In this document: positions 19,541 through 29,516 of the stretch, in pieces
Layout of the letters: each line of letters starts with the position of its first letter
Position numbering within the stretch: the stretch's first letter is position 1
NCBI GenBank assembly: GCA_963715195.1
Contig: CAVQRT010000031.1
Span: 64,001 to 128,000 of the forward strand
Origin: Thermodesulfovibrionales bacterium
GTDB taxonomy: Bacteria > Nitrospirota > Thermodesulfovibrionia > Thermodesulfovibrionales > SM23-35
DNA length: 64,000 bases
Direction: 5' to 3'
The notes under the pieces: model-generated
The model's input: the letters and a program-made list of their open reading frames with translations, nothing else
What the model was told of the DNA's origin: nothing
Databases searched by the model: none
Position numbers and translations under genes: made by a program

Positions 19541-22500
19541 CTATTGTCTTACGCTCACTTCAGATTCAGCCGTCATTTCTTTTCCCTTCCGTATGTAGGT
19601 AATGGAAATTTTATCTCCTGGTTGCAACGCTTTGAGGATATCAGAAAGATCCTTGAGTTTCCGCACAGGGGTTTTGTTTATTTGGATGATAATATCTCCT
19701 TTCACGAGTCCTGCTTTTTCTGCAGGAGAGTTTTGAACAACTCCGGAAACCCTGCATCCTTCACCTTTATATCCGAAGTCCGGAATAACACCGAAACTCA
19801 CTTTTCTCTCTTTCTCCAATTCAGATGCGGTTTTCTGTACAGGTATGATTGTTGCAGTCAAAGGTTCCCGCCTCTTTGCAAGATATTCGATGACCTCTTT
19901 TGCAACAGAAGCAACTTTGATTAGTCCATCAGTGTCAATTTTGTCTGCAGTATCAGTTGGTCTGTGATAATCAAGGTGTGGGCCTGAAAAAAACTGGACA
20001 GCCGGAATTCCTCCTTCCTGAAAACTTTTTTGGTCACTTGAATCAAGTTCCTCCGATACCAGTTCGATCCCGACACCAGTCATATGACCAGTTCCCTTAA
20101 AAATATGCTCCCATTCCTTTGCAGAACCTGAACCAAGGATTAGTAATCCGTTTTTATTCAACCGGCCGACCGTATCAAAGTTCAGCATGCCTATAATCCC
20201 CTCTTTCGGATAACGTTGCTGATGAGCTACATAATATTTTGAACCTTTTCTGCCGCTCTCCTCACCTGTGAATGCGATAAATATCACACTCCTGTCCGGA
20301 TTCATTGTCTTGCCGAGCACACGTGCAATCTCCGTAATTACTGCAATCCCGCTCGCATTATCATCAGCACCATGATAGATCTGTACTTTTTCATCCTGTA
20401 TGACTTCGGTGCCTAAATGATCATAGTGAGCACCGACAACAACACTCTGTGATGACCATTCAGGTTTTTTGCCGGGAATAACACCTACAACATTTTTCAT
20501 CAGCATTCTTTGACCGGCACGATCATTTTCTTCCCATATCTGAAAGTAATTGTCTCCCACATGATCGGCTGGCTTAAGACCAGCTTCCCTGAATTGCTGC
20601 GCAATGTATTCCGCTGCCCGGTCAAGTTCCTGCGAACCCAATGCCCTTCCCTTCATTTCATCGCTTGAAAGAAAATTGATCGTTTTCATCATTCTCTCCG
20701 TGGAAAAATTCTGGGAGACTGGTGCGAGGGATTTCCGCTTGTTCAGCTTTCCTTTCTCAACATTCAAAGAAGTCCCTTTCTCGTTTGGCAGGAAAATACT
20801 CATCGGGGAATCGGTGACCGGCCATCTTCCTTTCGCGATATTCTGCGGTTCATCTCCCCTGAAGGCAAGGTAGCTGTACTTATGATAATGTGGCAGTTTC
20901 CTGCTCAATCCTTTCAGTGCTTTAGGGCTGTCGGTGGTAACAAACAGCAATGCAGCATCTTGATTTCCAGGGTTTCTGCCTGTAAAAACTAACGAATGAT
21001 TTTCAAGTGATATAGTAGAGGTCCCAATCTGCAAGCTCTCTTGATCCATTCGGAGTTCATATCGTGACAGTGTTTCCAGTACTTTCTGAAGGAAACGGTT
21101 TTCCATGCCTAGTATGCATACTGCACTTTCAGAGGGGAGTGATGAGATCTCATGATCACCCTTTATTTCAACCCGCTCAGGACCTGCGTTGCTCAGCGCT
21201 TCAGCAAAAGTGCGATACGCTTGAAGCAGATGTGATCTTGCAGAAGACGGAAGAAGAACAAGCAATTTCTTCGCCCCAAGAACCTGTGTAATCGCAGGTG
21301 GAATCTCATTACGGTCAAGCCTTCGAAAGATATCAAATTCAGGATCAAAATCGACCCTCAATGGTCTTGCATGAAGATTGAGTTTGAGTTCGGCTCGCGT
21401 TTTGTCAATGAGCAGAGACGTCTGATAGGCTTGTTCCTGACCTTCCATGGTTATCGCAACAGGCAGGAGAAAATGATATGGTTGTCCCTTCTGCACCTGT
21501 TCAATTGCTGCGGTCAAAACATATGTATCCTTCTCGGTATGAATCTGCACATCATTGATCCTTAATTCAGGAGCACCTGTGCGCATTATCCATTGTTCGA
21601 ACATAACTCGCAAATCCTTCCCTGAGACATCTTCGAAACTTTGCCTGAGACTGTGGAATGATGCATAGCGAAACTTGTTTTTCCGGTAGAACTCCTGTAG
21701 TCCTCCGATAAAAATCTCGTCCCCCAGTTCAAGACGGAGCATGTGAAAGAACATGAGGGATTTGCCATATCCAATCGCCTCTGAAGATGAGCTATGGCGC
21801 GAACGGAATGCGGTAAGTGGAAAGTCGTTTCCTCCAGTTACATAATCGGCATATTTCTGAAGAGTCGTCTGCCGATAAGCCAAGCCTTCTCCCTGCTGTT
21901 CAGCATTAAGATGGTCAGAAAGATACGCTGTTAATCCTTCTGACCAATTACCATATTCATTGTCTGGGAAGATGCTGTTCCCCCACCATGTGTGCAGAAT
22001 TTCATGAGGATATGACGTGTTGATGATAAAGGGGAAGCGAATGACCTTTGGGCCAAGGAGAGTAAAGGAGGGCATTCCAAAGCCTGTTTCCCAGAAGTTT
22101 TCGACAAGGGCAAATTTTTCATATGGATAAGGCCCGATAAGCTTTTCATACATGCTGATATAACGAACAGTTGCATCAAGATATTTTGCGGCAAGTGCCT
22201 TATCAGGCGACCGTAAAAATACCATCGCTTGAAGATTATTCGCTGATTTGACATACTCCTCAAATCTCCCCGCTACAAGAAAAATCTCCTCCTGGGGTTC
22301 AGGAGATATCCAGCGAACATATGTTTTTGTATCAGCTCTCTTGTGTAGAGCCCGTTCCCCCTGACTGACTGCATCCCAGTCACGGGGCAATTCTACCGCA
22401 AGTGAAAAAGTCAGAAATGCGGTATCGAATCCGGGATACCAGTGCGAATGTCCTGAGAGATAAACACCCTCGTCAGCTATCTTTCCCAAAGTATGGCTGT

Positions 22501-22909
22501 AACCCCGCGCCTGTTCTTTACCTACCTGCTCCAATGGATGATCAATAATTCCTCCGAAACTGAGCGCAAATGTGTTCAATCCCTGAGGTAATCTGACCCT
22601 AAACGACTCAACACTTGCATAAGGTAATGTTTTGTTCTCCTTCGTAATACGTACATTTTTTGACCGGGATATAGGATTCAGTCCCTCGTGGAGAAGAAAG
22701 CGGAAATCGCGAGGAAAATGATCAGGAATTGTTACCGTATCCTCTGCAGTGAATTGGTGTTCCTGCGGGTAAACAACTACGCTGAGGTCGTGATGGATAA
22801 CTGTATTGCCGAATGGCGGCTGGTCGGCGTCCAAAGAAAGCAAGGGAAGTCCAAGACTGATAATAATTCCAAGTATAATCGTTTTTAGAGAAAGCTTAAA
22901 CAATTTCAA
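19541..22909 (-). CDS. Exported multidomain peptidase: M1-like + M28 + PDZ
   Basis: HEILH...WSEGL (M1); GAHYDHLG, GADDNASG, GEESG, DYH (M28); SPAEKAGL (PDZ); TTG start uncertain. Confidence 0.85.
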   Translation of the reverse strand: MKLFKLSLKTIILGIIISLGLPLLSLDADQPPFGNTVIHHDLSVVVYPQEHQFTAEDTVTIPDHFPRDFRFLLHEGLNPISRSKNVRITKENKTLPYASVESFRVRLPQGLNTFALSFGGIIDHPLEQVGKEQARGYSHTLGKIADEGVYLSGHSHWYPGFDTAFLTFSLAVELPRDWDAVSQGERALHKRADTKTYVRWISPEPQEEIFLVAGRFEEYVKSANNLQAMVFLRSPDKALAAKYLDATVRYISMYEKLIGPYPYEKFALVENFWETGFGMPSFTLLGPKVIRFPFIINTSYPHEILHTWWGNSIFPDNEYGNWSEGLTAYLSDHLNAEQQGEGLAYRQTTLQKYADYVTGGNDFPLTAFRSRHSSSSEAIGYGKSLMFFHMLRLELGDEIFIGGLQEFYRKNKFRYASFHSLRQSFEDVSGKDLRVMFEQWIMRTGAPELRINDVQIHTEKDTYVLTAAIEQVQKGQPYHFLLPVAITMEGQEQAYQTSLLIDKTRAELKLNLHARPLRVDFDPEFDIFRRLDRNEIPPAITQVLGAKKLLVLLPSSARSHLLQAYRTFAEALSNAGPERVEIKGDHEISSLPSESAVCILGMENRFLQKVLETLSRYELRMDQESLQIGTSTISLENHSLVFTGRNPGNQDAALLFVTTDSPKALKGLSRKLPHYHKYSYLAFRGDEPQNIAKGRWPVTDSPMSIFLPNEKGTSLNVEKGKLNKRKSLAPVSQNFSTERMMKTINFLSSDEMKGRALGSQELDRAAEYIAQQFREAGLKPADHVGDNYFQIWEENDRAGQRMLMKNVVGVIPGKKPEWSSQSVVVGAHYDHLGTEVIQDEKVQIYHGADDNASGIAVITEIARVLGKTMNPDRSVIFIAFTGEESGRKGSKYYVAHQQRYPKEGIIGMLNFDTVGRLNKNGLLILGSGSAKEWEHIFKGTGHMTGVGIELVSEELDSSDQKSFQEGGIPAVQFFSGPHLDYHRPTDTADKIDTDGLIKVASVAKEVIEYLAKRREPLTATIIPVQKTASELEKERKVSFGVIPDFGYKGEGCRVSGVVQNSPAEKAGLVKGDIIIQINKTPVRKLKDLSDILKALQPGDKISITYIRKGKEMTAESEVSVRQ

Positions 22910-22912
22910 GAG

Positions 22913-23983
22913 TTATTCAATCCAGTCGGCGATGAAAATATCTGTTGCCCTTGGTTTCTGAGGATTTCTGTTCGATGCGAAGGCAAGTTTTTTCCCGTCC
23001 GGTGAAAACATCGGGAACCCATCGAAGACCGTGTTATAGGTCAGTCTTTCCAGTCCTGAGCCGTCAGCATCTATTAAATACAGTTCAAAATTATGTCCAA
23101 ATCGTTGGATATCATCCCGCCAATCATCCATGTTGCTCGAAAAGATGATGCGTTTTCCGTCAGGATGCCATGACGGAGCAAAATTCGTTGCTTTATTGTG
23201 GAGTATTTTTCTTTTGTTTGATCCGTCTGTATCCATAACCCAAAGGTCAAGCGGCACAGGAACAATGTAATTGTTTTCCATGCAGTCATGCCATAGTGCC
23301 TTTTCCTCATCCGTCTCAGGATACCAAGCTCTCCAGACAATACTATTGCCATCAGGCGAAAACCACGGCCCTCCGTCGTACCCGACACGATCAGTCAGCC
23401 GCCTTACATTCAGGCCGTCTGAATCCATGATGTAGATATCAAAATCTCCGTCTCGCTGCGAGCCGAAAACGACCTTTTTCCCATCCGTCGAGATAATCGG
23501 CTCTGCATCATAACCCGGATTATCAGTTATTCTCTCCATGTTCGAACCATCGCTCTTTCCAATAAAAATATCGTATGGATAGAGAGGCCAGACATGTCCG
23601 GCAACCTGCGGAAGATTCGGCTTCGGTGGACAATCACCAGGCAGATGGCTTGTTGATGAAAAAATAATCCGCTGATTATCAGGAAAGAAAAAGGAGCACG
23701 TATGTGCTCCGTGATCAGGGCTGACCATGTGCTTGTCGGACCCGTCAGTGTTCATAATCCAGATCTTGTCACAGTTGTAACCACTCCTGTTTGATTGAAA
23801 TATAAGTTTATTGCCGTCAGGGCTGAAATAGGCCTCACCATTGTCGCCGTCAAAAGTTAGCTGGATAATGTTTGTCAAATGTTTTTCTACAAATGCCGGC
23901 CCAGCAGGTTTCACTACCTCGCTCCGCTGAGTACAGCCGGATATCAGGAGAAGCAATAAAGAATTGAGGACAATTGTTTTCAT
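22913..23983 (-). CDS. TolB-like PD40-repeat beta-propeller lipoprotein
   Basis: Lipobox ISGC; repeated FSPDG/WHPDG motifs. Confidence 0.85.
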   Translation of the reverse strand: MKTIVLNSLLLLLISGCTQRSEVVKPAGPAFVEKHLTNIIQLTFDGDNGEAYFSPDGNKLIFQSNRSGYNCDKIWIMNTDGSDKHMVSPDHGAHTCSFFFPDNQRIIFSSTSHLPGDCPPKPNLPQVAGHVWPLYPYDIFIGKSDGSNMERITDNPGYDAEPIISTDGKKVVFGSQRDGDFDIYIMDSDGLNVRRLTDRVGYDGGPWFSPDGNSIVWRAWYPETDEEKALWHDCMENNYIVPVPLDLWVMDTDGSNKRKILHNKATNFAPSWHPDGKRIIFSSNMDDWRDDIQRFGHNFELYLIDADGSGLERLTYNTVFDGFPMFSPDGKKLAFASNRNPQKPRATDIFIADWIE

Positions 23984-24092
23984 TGTTTATTGTACCTCGC
24001 GCACAACATATATTACGTAAACCTCATCGGGAGATGCATCCTTTCGAACCATCTCATTGTATAATTATAGCGGATACAAACAGGGAAGATAT

Positions 24093-24602
24093 ATGGAGAA
24101 AAAGCTTCTCGAGACCATAAAAAAAGTTCATGTCTTTTTCAAACAGAATGGTTATACCCTGTCAGTTGCAGAATCATGCACTGGGGGCCTCATCAGTCAC
24201 CTCATCACTGCGCTCCCGGGTGCAAGCATTTTTTTTGAGGCAGGAGTTGTATCATACTCGGCAGACGCAAAAAGCTCTCTCCTGGAAGTCTCACGTGATT
24301 GCATAAATAGATATGGGGTCGTGAGTCCAGAGACTGCCCGTGAAATGGCTGAAAAGGTTCGGAGACTGACAGATACAGATTTTTCGCTCTCAACAACAGG
24401 GAACCTCGGACCAGATGTCCTTGAGGGAAAAGAGCGGGGCTTGATCTTCATTGCAGTCAGGATGAGAAGAAAAACCGCTGTCAGGGAACTGAGATTAAAA
24501 GGTCCCAGGGGAAAAATCAAAGAAGAAGCGTCTCTTTTAGCGTTGCAATTTCTGCTTGAAATAGCTGACAAACAAGAAACAGATCAAAGAAAGTTTCGCT
24601 AA
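24093..24602 (+). CDS. CinA/PncC family NMN deamidase
   Basis: SVAESCTGGLI, GVVSPETAREMA, STTGNLGP. Confidence 0.85.
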   Translation: MEKKLLETIKKVHVFFKQNGYTLSVAESCTGGLISHLITALPGASIFFEAGVVSYSADAKSSLLEVSRDCINRYGVVSPETAREMAEKVRRLTDTDFSLSTTGNLGPDVLEGKERGLIFIAVRMRRKTAVRELRLKGPRGKIKEEASLLALQFLLEIADKQETDQRKFR

Positions 24603-24604
24603 TC

Positions 24605-26668
24605 ATGGGGAAAAAGCCACCAAAGGATATCAGAGACGAAATAGAAAGGCTGGTCAATGACCTGAACTACCAGAGTTACCGTTATTATGTCCTTGATTCG
24701 CCGGTCATATCGGATGAAGAGTACGACCGCCTTTTTTTCCATCTAAAAGACCTTGAGGAGCGGCATCACTTTATCCTGCCGGATTCGCCGACACAGCGCG
24801 TTGGAGCCCCTCCCCTCGACAAGTTTGAGAAGGTGAAACATACAGAACCGATGCTCTCACTTGACAACGCTTTCACATACGGGGAGATGCACGAATTCGA
24901 CCGAAGAATCAGACGGCTCCTCAAAATTGATGAAGAGATTGAGTATACGGTTGAACCCAAGTATGACGGTCTTGCCATTGAACTTACCTATCGGGATGGA
25001 ATTCTCCAGAAAGCATCCACGAGAGGTGACGGATATGAGGGTGAAGATGTGACCCGGAATATAAAAACCGTTAAGTCCATTCCGATAAAAATCACTGAGG
25101 TCAGCATAATCCCTAAAGAAATTGATATCCGTGGCGAAGTGTATATGGATATCGAAGAGTTCAATAATCTCAATAGAGAAAGAGAGCAGACAGGGAAGCC
25201 CCTCTTTGCCAATCCGCGAAATGCTGCTGCCGGTTCGGTGAGGCAGCTCGATTCCGCTGTTACAGCTGCGCGGAGACTTCATCTCGCCTGTTACGGAGCA
25301 GGCTCAATACAGGGGATTGAGTTCGAAAGCCAGTGGGAATTTATCGGTTGGCTGGAAAAAGCGCGGTTTCCCATCCCTGCAATAGTAAAAAAAGAACGCG
25401 GAATTGGAAAGGTCATTACATTCATCAGGGAGCTTGAGGAAAAAAGAAAGCACCTTTCATTCGAAACAGACGGATCGGTAGTGAAGGTAAACGATTTTGC
25501 CTTGCAAAAGCAGCTCGGCATAAAAACAAGAGAACCCCGCTGGGCAATCGCTTACAAATACGCTGCCCACCAAGGCATAACCAAAATTCTGGATATACAG
25601 GGGAGCGTCGGAAGAACCGGCGTCATCACCCCGTTTGCCATTTTTCAACCAGTCAGGATTGGGGGGGTTACCGTCTCGCGCTCCACGCTTCATAATTGGG
25701 ATGAGATGAGCAGGAAGGACATCAGGATCGGCGACACGGTGGTTGTGGAAAGGGCGGGGGACGTCATCCCCCATGTTATTGCTGTCATAAAAGATAACCG
25801 TACAGGAAAAGAAAGGCTTTTCCCTGTGCCTCAGAAGTGTCCGGTTTGCGGCTCAAGGGTCACCAATGAAGAAGGAGAGGTTGCTGTGCGATGTGTCGGA
25901 TTGAATTGTCCTGCGCAGGTTCAGGAGAAGATCATCCACTTTGCCTCAAGAGGTACTATGGATATTGAGGGTCTCGGCGAGAAAAACGTCGGACTCCTTT
26001 ATGCAAATGGACTGATTTCCCATTTCGTCGACATGTACAAACTGAAAAAAGAGGACCTTTTGAAACTGCCCCGGTTCGCAGAAAAATCCTCCCAGAATCT
26101 CATCGATGCTATTGAAAAAAGCAAGCACACCAGCCTTGCGCGGTTCCTCTTCGCTCTCGGCATCCTGCACGTTGGTGAGTATGCGTCAAAACTCCTCGCC
26201 AGAAATTTCGAAAAGCTCGAGGATCTGTACTATGTGAAACCCGAACGAATCATGCAGATCAAACAGATGGGTGAAAAGATCACCCGTTCAGTATCAGACT
26301 TCTTCCACGATGCAGACAATCTGAACACCCTTAAGACATTACAGTCCCTGGGATTGGAGATCAAAAATCCTGATTTTGAAGGAAAAGGACCCGGAAAGGA
26401 AAAGGGGACACTGGAAGGACAAACAATTGTTGTCACTGGAACCTTGCCGAAACCAAGGGAAGAAGTTGAAGAACTCATTGAACGTCTCGGAGGACATGCC
26501 TCTTCTTCTGTTTCAAAAAACACCGATTTCGTGATAGTGGGACAAAATCCGGGATCAAAACTGCAGAAGGCTCGGCCACTTGGAATCAAAACTATTTCCT
26601 ATGACGAATTTCTGAAGCTCATCGAGCAGAGCAAAAGCGGAAGAACACACAGTAATAAACTTTTTTAA
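24605..26668 (+). CDS. ligA: NAD-dependent DNA ligase
   Basis: PMLSLDN, EPKYDG, TRGDG, NPRNAAAGS, Zn finger, BRCT. Confidence 0.97.
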   Translation: MGKKPPKDIRDEIERLVNDLNYQSYRYYVLDSPVISDEEYDRLFFHLKDLEERHHFILPDSPTQRVGAPPLDKFEKVKHTEPMLSLDNAFTYGEMHEFDRRIRRLLKIDEEIEYTVEPKYDGLAIELTYRDGILQKASTRGDGYEGEDVTRNIKTVKSIPIKITEVSIIPKEIDIRGEVYMDIEEFNNLNREREQTGKPLFANPRNAAAGSVRQLDSAVTAARRLHLACYGAGSIQGIEFESQWEFIGWLEKARFPIPAIVKKERGIGKVITFIRELEEKRKHLSFETDGSVVKVNDFALQKQLGIKTREPRWAIAYKYAAHQGITKILDIQGSVGRTGVITPFAIFQPVRIGGVTVSRSTLHNWDEMSRKDIRIGDTVVVERAGDVIPHVIAVIKDNRTGKERLFPVPQKCPVCGSRVTNEEGEVAVRCVGLNCPAQVQEKIIHFASRGTMDIEGLGEKNVGLLYANGLISHFVDMYKLKKEDLLKLPRFAEKSSQNLIDAIEKSKHTSLARFLFALGILHVGEYASKLLARNFEKLEDLYYVKPERIMQIKQMGEKITRSVSDFFHDADNLNTLKTLQSLGLEIKNPDFEGKGPGKEKGTLEGQTIVVTGTLPKPREEVEELIERLGGHASSSVSKNTDFVIVGQNPGSKLQKARPLGIKTISYDEFLKLIEQSKSGRTHSNKLF

Positions 26669-26898
26669 TCTCGGTTCGCGCATAACATGAAATTTCGTCT
26701 TCAATGAAATTAATGACTTACAATTTTTTCTTGCAGATAAATCAGCAAGAAAATTGCACAATTAATGCAATTCCCCGAAAAAGGATGATTTAAAGGTTTG
26801 AGCACAGTCCCGGATTTCTTCAACTCAACACCATAGATACTTTTCGATTGGTGAGACTTACAATTGGAAATGAATGGAAGTGATACGTGTTAGCTCTT

Positions 26899-27392
26899 TC
26901 ATTCATTTCCACCTACCTCTGATTTACTGTTCGACATGAACTCTGTAATGTAGTAGAAAACATCTCTTTCATACAACATCCCAATAACGCTGCCTTCTCT
27001 ATTCAAGACAGGGACTCTCTTGACATTATGTTTCAGCATATGATCGATACACTCCATGATTGGTGAATCTTCCTTGACGGTGGTAACCGTTTTTGTCATT
27101 AAATCGCTGACTTTTCTGTCCGCCATTTTTGAGCAAGAGCTTCTACCATCCCATCCCACGTAAAGCTTCCTAATTCCATGAGATACATATATTTCGGATA
27201 AACTGCCTTGAGGATATCTCCGATCGAAAGAATACCTATCAATTTGTCTTCTGAATCAAGCACTGGCAAAGCCTTAGCTCCAGTCTTCTCTTCGCCTCTC
27301 CGGGCTATCCTGAGGATATAACCTGCTTCTTTGAGCGTATGATCAGGACTTAAATATTCCAGCAAAGGAATCATCAAATCCTTAGCCTTCAT
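26899..27392 (-). CDS. CBS-pair domain protein; one frameshift (~27127)
   Basis: MKAKDLM, ALPVLD..IGILSIGDI joins via an A-run to KVSDLM...KRVPV..IGML. Confidence 0.8.
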
Positions 27393-27423
27393 TCACACCT
27401 CCCTGAGATAAATTATTCGCAAT

Positions 27424-27462
27424 AAAAAAGCCGCTATAGGTAGATATCCACCTAATAGCGGC
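27424..27462 (-). terminator. Intrinsic terminator in 5' leader of CBS gene
   Basis: GCCGCTATTAGGTGG-ATA-TCTACCTATAGCGGC followed by TTTTTT, about 30 nt before the ATG. Confidence 0.7.
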
Positions 27463-27950
27463 CCCACTATCCTTTTGTGCTCCCTTCAGAAATAGAAACA
27501 ATTTCTGAACCCTAGCTATTTCCCAATTCTAAGAATGAATTGTCAAGCGATAAGTGATTTGTGTCGACAGTGCTTATCTCTCTAAAATATCCTTCAAAGG
27601 CATGTATTGTCGTCAATGAGTTGTTATAAATTTTAGTGATTACTTTTTAAGCATATTAATATACCTCGATTAGTATGTGAAAAGCATAGAGACTTTGATA
27701 CTCGAAGTCCTGTGGAGGAAGAATGCTTGCCTCTCAGGATTCTCATGAATGCTATGTGAAATTTGCCCCGTAAGACGCATGCCCTTTTTCTCTCTGCCAC
27801 CTACACACAAAAATGTTTAGCTGATTGCAGAATTTAATGATTATAGAAAGAAAGTTTGTGCGTTAAAAGAATGAGGCGGTGACCTGCATATTTACTGCAT
27901 AGTTCAGGGAGTTAGAGCGATGATAAGGGATTGTAAGTCTTTGATTTATA

Positions 27951-28025
27951 TGGTAGGCGCGAAGGGGATTGAACCCTTGGCCTCTTCCGCGTCAAGGAAG
28001 CGCTCTCCCACTGAGCTACGCGCCT
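27951..28025 (-). tRNA. tRNA-Val(GAC)
   Basis: AGGCGCG acceptor stem, anticodon arm CTTCC-TTGACGC-GGAAG, GGTTCAATCC, CCA end. Confidence 0.95.
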
Positions 28026-28105
28026 GCAAGAACATATAAAATAACATTTTTGCCCTCATCCCTGTCAACCTCCGAAGAGCTATGCAGGGCGGGAAGGACG
28101 ACAAA

Positions 28106-28519
28106 TTAGAAAATCTCAAGAGCAGGGAAGAAGTACGGAATCTCATATCCAGCGGATTCTGATGAATCCGATCCATGCACGATATTGTGCTCGATATCCG
28201 AGGCAAAATCGGCTCTGATTGTTCCAGATGCTGCATCTTTTGGATTTGTTGCACCCATGACCTGCCGGACTTTTTGAATTGCGTTTTCGCCTTCAACAAC
28301 CATCACCACGATCGGCCCTTCTGACATGAACTGTGAGAGGCTTCCATAAAAAGGCCTTTCCTTGTGAACGATGTAAAAACCCTTCGCATCATCCACTGAC
28401 ATCCTGAGCATCCTGAGTGCAGAGATCCTGAGTCCCTGCTGTTCAAATCTCTTTATCACCTCACCGATCAGGTTCTTTTTCACTCCATCCGGTTTTACTA
28501 TTGATAACGTTCTCTCCAT
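28106..28519 (-). CDS. ndk: Nucleoside diphosphate kinase
   Basis: [26 protein letters not shown]. Confidence 0.97.
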   Translation of the reverse strand: MERTLSIVKPDGVKKNLIGEVIKRFEQQGLRISALRMLRMSVDDAKGFYIVHKERPFYGSLSQFMSEGPIVVMVVEGENAIQKVRQVMGATNPKDAASGTIRADFASDIEHNIVHGSDSSESAGYEIPYFFPALEIF

Positions 28520-28529
28520 CTATCCTCCA

Positions 28530-29456
28530 CTATATTGAAAGATTCTCAACCAATTTTCTGACAGTTGCACTGGACTTCCTGAACTGGGTCTTTTCTTCTT
28601 TTGTTAATTTTACCTCGATGATTTTTTCAACTCCCTCTTTTCCGAGGATGACAGGCACGCCCATATAAATGTCTTTTATCCCGTATTCCCCGTTCAGAAA
28701 TGCTGCACAGGGCAGCAGACGTTTCTGGTCAAGGAGAATCGATTTGACCATCTGGTATGTTGATGCAGCCGGAGCATAATAGGCGCTCCCTGATTTCAGG
28801 AAGGAGACAATTTCAGCGCCTCCTTTTCTGGTCCGCTCTATCAGAGCGTCGATTTTCTTTTTTGGCAGGAGTTCGGTCATCGGGATACCCTTCACGGTCG
28901 TAAATCTTGGAAGAGGCAGCATGTCATACCCGTGACCACCAAGCACGGTTGCTTCAATATCTTCAGGTGATACATGCACTTCCCAGGCAAGAAAAGATGT
29001 CATCCGCGCAGCATCAAGGATTCCACCCATCCCCATTACCCGCCGGCAGGAAAACTCGGTGGTTTTCCATGCGAGTTGAGCCATGATGTCCATCGGATTT
29101 GTGACGATAATGATGATAGCGTTCGGTGAATGCTTTGCAATCTCGATACATGCTCCTCTGACGATGTCAGCATTTGCGTGGAGCAGGTCACTCCGGGACA
29201 TCCCGGGCTTTCTTGCAAGCCCTGCGGTAACAACAACGAGATCAGAACCGGCTGTATCAGCATAGCTGTTTGTACCAGTAACCGAAGATGATGAATTCCA
29301 GAGCGGACAGGCCTCTGCCATGTCCAGGGCCTTTCCCTGGGGCATCCCGTCTACAATATCAAAGAGCACAACATCGGCTATGCCTGACTGCACAATGAGC
29401 TGTGCAGTGGTAGCGCCGACATTCCCTGCTCCGATGACTGATACTTTTTTCTTCAT
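28530..29456 (-). CDS. mdh: Malate dehydrogenase (LDH-like)
   Basis: GAGNVG, RKPGMSR, VTNPMD, VLGGHG, GSAYYAP. Confidence 0.95.
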   Translation of the reverse strand: MKKKVSVIGAGNVGATTAQLIVQSGIADVVLFDIVDGMPQGKALDMAEACPLWNSSSSVTGTNSYADTAGSDLVVVTAGLARKPGMSRSDLLHANADIVRGACIEIAKHSPNAIIIIVTNPMDIMAQLAWKTTEFSCRRVMGMGGILDAARMTSFLAWEVHVSPEDIEATVLGGHGYDMLPLPRFTTVKGIPMTELLPKKKIDALIERTRKGGAEIVSFLKSGSAYYAPAASTYQMVKSILLDQKRLLPCAAFLNGEYGIKDIYMGVPVILGKEGVEKIIEVKLTKEEKTQFRKSSATVRKLVENLSI

Positions 29457-29516
29457 GGCGGAGTAAAATTATAGACGATGTCCGGGAAGAATGGCAAGGA
29501 AACGACAGATATCCTA

